This document shows positions 6,304 to 10,384 of a stretch of DNA of 10,384 nucleotides, one piece after another. Source of the DNA: a virus. Location: UHGV virus genome UHGV-0374782. One strand, given 5' to 3'. Each line of letters starts with the position of its first letter. Within the stretch, counting starts at the first letter, position 1. The notes below the pieces were generated by a model. It had not been told where the DNA came from, searched no databases, and was given only the letters and a program-made list of their open reading frames with translations. The position numbers and the translations under genes are program-made.

Positions 6304-7192
6304 CTGTTCCCCCTCTGGTGATTGTGACGGAGGTACAGCGCGCCGCCTGGGTATCACTGATCACCACATTGTTGATCGGCGACTGAACCTCCACGCGCTG
6401 CACACCCTGGACGTGTAACGCTGCCATGATTGCTGACAACGCAACATCACGACCAATACCTCCCTGCCCTGCCAGCCAGGATTGCAACGCCTTTTCAGCC
6501 GCATCAGCGATGGGCTCAGATTCCGGCCCCGGATAAAAGTAAAGGGTGGCGCTAATGTCGTAGTTAATGATCTCCGCGCTCTGTACGGTCAACCGGTCGC
6601 CAACCGGGCGCACGCTCTCATCCGATAACGCCGCGTTTACGGTGGTGATTAGCTCTGCTGAAGCCGTACCATCACCTTCTGAGGACAGTATCGATACAAT
6701 AACCTCGGCAGGTGCCGGGCTTGACGCTTTGGCGTCTGCCACCTTGCCAGAAGCGCTTTTTGCAAAATACTCATAAGCGGCGGTTGGCCCGGCAACACTC
6801 AGCCCTTCAAATGCCGCCTGAGCGCGCAAACGTAACTTTGAATCGCTTTCCATTACGGCACCTGTTGTATCGGTCGCCTCAGTAATGGTTAGTCTTTTGG
6901 TGTTGTTATTCGCCGCCAGGTTATCCAGATCCGTTGATGTGGCATGGCTTAACATGCACGCAGCAGCACCGTCATTTATGGCCTGCCGTAACATTAATTC
7001 ACGGTATGCCACCACCTGAGCGATCACATTTAGTGGCTCTGATTCAAGTTCCATCGCTGCCGCAATCGCGCTTTGCTTCTCTTTTGGGTAGGCCGAAATC
7101 ATCATCGCTTTCACTTCGCTCAAAATAACTTCGTAATCCAGCGTGGCGATCACTTCCGGTGGTGGCAGTTCCGATAAATCAATAGTTGCCAT
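6296..7192 (-). CDS. Baseplate assembly protein J (P2 gpJ-like)
   Basis: 298 aa with …LESEPL…YREL…RQ…, …RLTIT…, …AFEGLSVAG…Y…, …VRPV.DRLTVQSA…, …LY.YPGPESEPI…, …GRD..LSAI.AALHV.GVQRVE… matching the P2 gpJ pattern. It sits between the W-like and I-like genes as in P2. Confidence 0.9.
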   Translation of the reverse strand: MATIDLSELPPPEVIATLDYEVILSEVKAMMISAYPKEKQSAIAAAMELESEPLNVIAQVVAYRELMLRQAINDGAAACMLSHATSTDLDNLAANNNTKRLTITEATDTTGAVMESDSKLRLRAQAAFEGLSVAGPTAAYEYFAKSASGKVADAKASSPAPAEVIVSILSSEGDGTASAELITTVNAALSDESVRPVGDRLTVQSAEIINYDISATLYFYPGPESEPIADAAEKALQSWLAGQGGIGRDVALSAIMAALHVQGVQRVEVQSPINNVVISDTQAARCTSVTITRGGTDE

Positions 7193-7547
7193 TGTCCTGT
7201 TCCTTCAAAGTCACAGAGCCTGTCGCCGCCTGCATGGTGGTAGTGATCAGCCCGCTAAGTCCCACTGTCACCGCGCCGGACTCTGAAAAATTCACATCCA
7301 CCTGATTTAAAGCGATGCGCGGCTCCCACTGCGTTAAAGCAATCACCGTGGCGCTCATCAGTTGCAATCGTGTCGTTTCGTTCTGAGGCTCATCCAGCAA
7401 GTCAGGTAATAAACTGCCATACGTGCGGCGCATCACCCGCGACCCCAGCGGTGTTAACAGGACATCTTTCACCGACTGCCAGAGGTGATCACTGTCGGAA
7501 AGCGTTCCTGTTCCGGCCTGATTCATGCCCGTATATTTCGCTGTCAT
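7179..7547 (-). CDS. Baseplate assembly protein W (P2 gpW / gp25-like)
   Basis: 122 aa starting MTAKYTGMN… with …PLGSRVMRR.YGSLL…L.D.PQ…, recalled similarity to P2 gpW. ATGA overlap with the V stop. Confidence 0.85.
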   Translation of the reverse strand: MTAKYTGMNQAGTGTLSDSDHLWQSVKDVLLTPLGSRVMRRTYGSLLPDLLDEPQNETTRLQLMSATVIALTQWEPRIALNQVDVNFSESGAVTVGLSGLITTTMQAATGSVTLKEQDNGNY

Positions 7548-8125
7548 TGCGTCCCCTTCGTCCAGCTACCACCAGGTTGAACAGCGCCATGAGTATGTTC
7601 ATCAACCCGTACACCGTTTGAGGTAAGCGCGCCGCCGGTGTGTGTGACGCCGCCAGTCATCTTCCCACCCTCAGTGAAATCAAAGGTTTTTGCCTTCAGA
7701 TGGCTGGTACACTCCACCACCGCTGTATCAAGCGTGATTTTTGTCTCGGCCTGAATCGTTGCCGTTTTCATGCCGCTTGCGGTCAACGCGCTAACCTCTG
7801 CGTCATATTCGAATCTGGCCCCGTCAGGCGCTGTAACCACCATCTGTTTCAGGCTGGCAGAGGGGGCGTCATTTTCATTGCTGTACAGACTCCCCAGCAA
7901 AACCGCCGTTTCCGGGTTGCCACCGATACAGCCCAATAACACCTGCTCACCCCGCGACGGCGGACACCAAATCTTAAAATCACCGGCACGGCCTGTTTTC
8001 CAGCGAAGCCAGGTTGTTTTCAGTTCGCCGCTCTGTACGCGCACGCTTTTACCGTCTTCCGATATTTCCGCGACAATACCCACACGCAGCACGTTTTCCA
8101 GGAGTCTCATCAGTTCGGCGCTCAT
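7544..8125 (-). CDS. Baseplate spike/hub protein V (P2 gpV-like)
   Basis: 193 aa with an N-terminal …GIV.E…RV..G….T.WL.W…RAG… region and a C-terminal …THTGG.L.SNG…H.H… motif, as in P2 gpV. ATGA overlap with the S stop. Confidence 0.85.
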   Translation of the reverse strand: MSAELMRLLENVLRVGIVAEISEDGKSVRVQSGELKTTWLRWKTGRAGDFKIWCPPSRGEQVLLGCIGGNPETAVLLGSLYSNENDAPSASLKQMVVTAPDGARFEYDAEVSALTASGMKTATIQAETKITLDTAVVECTSHLKAKTFDFTEGGKMTGGVTHTGGALTSNGVRVDEHTHGAVQPGGSWTKGTQ

Positions 8126-8760
8126 TTCCCCGCACTCCCCAGACTGTTGATCACTGCACTACGGATCAGTGCCTCATCCGCTTTGGAAATTCCCAGCAAT
8201 ACGCGGGGGGCATATTTGGCGAAAGCACCGGGCCCAATCTGCTCACGTAAACCGTCCTGATGAATACGTGCAATACGCGCCGCCATACCACTAAAACCAA
8301 CCTCAGCACCTTCAGATGTCGCTTTCATCTTCATAAAGCGGGATGTGCGCAGCTTCACGAACATTGGCGCTTTGACGGTTCTGGGCGTCTGACCCGCCCG
8401 TGTATTAATCTCGGTATAGCGTTCAATGTCAGCCCGATAAAACGTGCGCACTTCATTCCTGTCTTCATCAAATCCGGTGATGGTTCGCCCGTACTTACCG
8501 CGTCCGCTGTGCCAGTTTTTCAGTCGTCGCAACTGACCTTCCCAGATGAAGGAGATCCCCTGCTGCGTGCGTAATTTTTTACGGCGTCGCGCCGGGTACT
8601 GGCTCCCGTCCGGATTACGTTGTGCGCGTATACGCTGCTGTTGGCTGATGCGCAGCATCTTCCCAACTTCACGCGCCGTCCTGGCTCGCCCGGTAGGTGA
8701 CACCCCCGCCAGGATGTCAGAGAAATACTGATCCAGTGTGTGAATACCTTCGGCACTCAT
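8122..8760 (-). CDS. Phage virion morphogenesis / tail completion protein S-like
   Basis: 212-aa basic protein in the position of P2 gpS, between R and V, with ATGA overlaps on both sides. The family call is from position and general resemblance to virion-morphogenesis (P2 S / Mu G) proteins. It is longer than P2 gpS (150 aa). Confidence 0.7.
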   Translation of the reverse strand: MSAEGIHTLDQYFSDILAGVSPTGRARTAREVGKMLRISQQQRIRAQRNPDGSQYPARRRKKLRTQQGISFIWEGQLRRLKNWHSGRGKYGRTITGFDEDRNEVRTFYRADIERYTEINTRAGQTPRTVKAPMFVKLRTSRFMKMKATSEGAEVGFSGMAARIARIHQDGLREQIGPGAFAKYAPRVLLGISKADEALIRSAVINSLGSAGK

Positions 8761-9212
8761 AAGGGCGCACTCCAGGTAACGTCCTCAATAATTCCGCTCC
8801 ATTCCGGCTGTATACGTGGGCGAGGCTCTGGCTTGTGATCTGCCTTTAACGTGCCATCGTCATTGCGCGTTACGATCACACGCTCGCTGATGGGTAATTC
8901 GAAAAATAAATCCGCAGTGTCGTCGCTGTTGATCGCCGTGGTGAATTTAATCTCTTTGTTTTTTTCAGGATTCAGCAACAGTTGCGGTTGCTCCTGCCAC
9001 AGCCAGGCCATCAACGGAAGGGTAAAATCATCCAGATCACCGGCAAAATTCATCACAAACAGACACAGCGTATAGGCATAAACAAAATCAGCCGTTTCGC
9101 CGGTCGTCTCCACATGCCCGGACTCAATGAACACACTGAAGGCTTCAGGGTTTGCCTTGCACCACTGGTTCGAACGGGTGAGCGCATCGCGCAGGGAGTT
9201 AATTTTCAGCAT
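8757..9212 (-). CDS. Tail completion protein R (P2 gpR-like)
   Basis: 151 aa starting MLKINSLRDALT…, recalled N-terminal similarity to P2 gpR (MLKPDSLRRALT…). It lies immediately downstream of the lysis genes and upstream of S, as in P2. Confidence 0.8.
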   Translation of the reverse strand: MLKINSLRDALTRSNQWCKANPEAFSVFIESGHVETTGETADFVYAYTLCLFVMNFAGDLDDFTLPLMAWLWQEQPQLLLNPEKNKEIKFTTAINSDDTADLFFELPISERVIVTRNDDGTLKADHKPEPRPRIQPEWSGIIEDVTWSAPL

Positions 9213-9540
9213 GTTGCTTAACCTCTTTACCTTGCTGGCGCGCCAGGCGCTTCAGATTCAACTCACTGATCGCACGCTTGTCCGCGTTGCAGCTATCAAG
9301 CGCGTCATGTAACCGATCGGCGTAAATCGCGATTCCACCCCACGTGACCGGCGTTTTCAGTTCCGGTTCCGGGGTTTCATTAGTCAGGCTTTGCGGTACT
9401 GGTTCGTGAATCAGCCGGGTTTGCACTTTTATCTTTTCTGAGCAACCCATTACTGACAGCAACAGGCACAACAGCACCGGCACATTTATCAGTACGCATC
9501 GCCGTGGACATATTTTCACGCCTGGCTTCACCTTCACCAT
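9199..9540 (-). CDS. o-spanin (LysC/Rz1-like outer-membrane lipoprotein), overlapping the i-spanin gene in another frame
   Basis: Start ATG at 9540 preceded by AGGAG. Signal peptide MVKVKPGVKICPRRCVLINVPVLLCLLLSVMG followed by Cys (lipobox-like VMGC). The mature part is Pro-rich with a C-terminal Cys. The gene begins inside the i-spanin gene and runs past its end into the start of R, the classic P2 lysB/lysC overlapped architecture. Confidence 0.6.
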   Translation of the reverse strand: MVKVKPGVKICPRRCVLINVPVLLCLLLSVMGCSEKIKVQTRLIHEPVPQSLTNETPEPELKTPVTWGGIAIYADRLHDALDSCNADKRAISELNLKRLARQQGKEVKQHAEN

Positions 9541-9751
9541 TTCGCTCCTGTTCCGCTTTTCTGACATCTGCAAGCACCGCTTGCGCATCAGCCGTTAGCC
9601 CGCGCATTTCTGCGATCACTGCTTCACTTTCATCAAACATGCGCTGCAATTTTTCTTCGTTATCGTCTGCAATGGCGCCTGTGTATCCCCGGTAATAACC
9701 GGATGCATAACCACCAATGCTGATGACGAGTAACCACAAAAAAGTTTTCAC
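9380..9751 (-). CDS. i-spanin (LysB/Rz-like inner-membrane protein)
   Basis: 123 aa with an N-terminal transmembrane segment (FLWLLVISIGGYASGYY) then a charged, helical periplasmic domain. Apparent GTG start at 9751 with GGAGG 5 nt upstream; GTGA overlap with the endolysin stop. Confidence 0.6.
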   Translation of the reverse strand: MKTFLWLLVISIGGYASGYYRGYTGAIADDNEEKLQRMFDESEAVIAEMRGLTADAQAVLADVRKAEQERNGEGEARRENMSTAMRTDKCAGAVVPVAVSNGLLRKDKSANPADSRTSTAKPD

Positions 9752-10290
9752 CTGGCCTCCAGATCTCGCTTACACCACACCTGGAAATCAGTACGTCGAT
9801 TTACCAGGCCCTGCGACCGCTTACCGGCGCTGTTCACAAAATCGGTTAACCGGTCACACACGCCGCTCCAGTTGTGCGCCTGGGCGTTTTTCCAGATCGT
9901 GGTACGCTGCTTGCGTTTGTTCTTATCCGTGAACCACATCAGCCCCGAACACCCCACATTCAGCCCGGCATCAGCCATCGCCTCAAATACGGATTGCGGC
10001 ATCGCCTTACCATTGAAGTTCTGGTTTATGCAGTTCTCGGAATGCTGCATGTCATTTACCCAGCGGCGGGCCACCTCTGCATTGCTGTACTCGCGCTTCT
10101 GCACGTTGCCGGTTGAACCAATCCCCACGGTCAACACCCCGGCGGTACAGTAGTAAGGCGTGTTACGGCAATCTTCCCAGGACGCTATTTTTTGCTGTGC
10201 TTCAGGCGACGTCCGCAACACATCGGGCGACATCGACACCCCCAGGGCGACAATCAGCGCGACTGAGCAACGTTTAATAACCGCCTTCAT
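9748..10290 (-). CDS. SAR endolysin, GH24 lysozyme of the P1 Lyz type
   Basis: Preferred start ATG at 10290 (GGGGA upstream); the track's 10296 start is a TTG. The N-terminus has a weakly hydrophobic signal-anchor-release-like segment containing a Cys (KRCSVALIVALGVSM). The catalytic region is SWEDCRNTPYYCTAGVLTVGIGSTG: Glu, then Cys in the position of the T4 lysozyme catalytic Asp, then Thr, with an extra caging Cys two residues after the Glu. This matches the P1 Lyz arrangement. Confidence 0.85.
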   Translation of the reverse strand: MKAVIKRCSVALIVALGVSMSPDVLRTSPEAQQKIASWEDCRNTPYYCTAGVLTVGIGSTGNVQKREYSNAEVARRWVNDMQHSENCINQNFNGKAMPQSVFEAMADAGLNVGCSGLMWFTDKNKRKQRTTIWKNAQAHNWSGVCDRLTDFVNSAGKRSQGLVNRRTDFQVWCKRDLEAR

Positions 10291-10384
10291 CGTCAATCCC
10301 CGCTTTGAGTTGTGTTAACTCCTGCCGCTCAACGGCAGTCAGATCCCGGCGCGCTGCCAGCGTCAGAATCTGCTCAATCAGGGC
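10274..10384 (-). CDS. 3' end (36 codons) of a gene running off the window edge; by position a probable holin or pinholin
   Basis: Open frame from the window end to TAA at 10276..10274 (…ALIEQILTLAARRDLTAVERQELTQLKAGIDDEGGY*), overlapping the endolysin start. The charged, hydrophilic C-terminus and the position upstream of the endolysin suggest a holin. The protein family cannot be confirmed from 36 residues. Confidence 0.3.
   Translation of the reverse strand, partial: ALIEQILTLAARRDLTAVERQELTQLKAGIDDEGGY

Noticed and set aside
6303-6357. N-terminal extension of the gpI-like ORF to 6357 (MIPRRRAVPPSQSPEGEQ…)
   Set aside because: It would overlap the 3' end of the J-like gene by about 60 nt and lacks a ribosome-binding site. 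The internal ATG at 6303 has a GAGG-type site and gives a protein length closer to P2 gpI.
9199-9588. Full-length 129-aa reading of the o-spanin ORF starting at 9588
   Set aside because: The first 16 codons precede the signal peptide and have no ribosome-binding site. The ATG at 9540 has an AGGAG site and gives a canonical lipoprotein signal peptide.
5368-10153. Numerous 60-130 codon ORFs on both strands within the baseplate, tail completion and lysis genes (e.g. 5368..5559, 6206..6418, 6567..6776, 6934..7128, 7370..7621, 7640..7939, 7770..8150, 8014..8250, 8260..8574, 8520..8756, 8851..9075, 8982..9221, 9127..9312, 9504..9695, 9717..9932, 9872..10153)
   Set aside because: All are embedded in or antisense to CDSs with clear P2-like homology and operon context. 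None has a convincing start or ribosome-binding context, and none explains any sequence not already covered.
1-10384. tRNA, rRNA, IS element or att-site signatures
   Set aside because: No cloverleaf-like conserved tRNA motifs, transposase-like ORFs or terminal inverted repeats other than the invertase crossover sites were seen. The window appears internal to the prophage.

Overview
This window is the late (lysis + tail) region of a P2-like myovirus prophage, apparently in an enterobacterial genome; all identifications are by reading the supplied translations and sequence, with no database search. Plus strand: the 3' part of a tail tape measure gene (T-like) and a gpU-like tail gene, ending in a strong intrinsic terminator. 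Minus strand, from high to low coordinates: the C-terminal stub of a probable holin, a SAR-type endolysin, an overlapped i-/o-spanin pair, tail completion R and S, baseplate V, W, J, I and tail fibre H. Between the two convergent blocks lies a Gin/Pin/Cin/Hin-family serine invertase gene broken by a 1-nt frameshift, next to a 1.66 kb invertible segment (3000..4663) bounded by 26-bp inverted crossover sites. The segment carries a silent alternative tail-fibre C-terminus plus its tail-fibre assembly chaperone, so this is a tail-fibre host-range switch that looks locked in its current orientation. No rRNA, tRNA, CRISPR array or IS element was seen. Most remaining ORFs in the six-frame track are antisense shadow ORFs inside the real genes.
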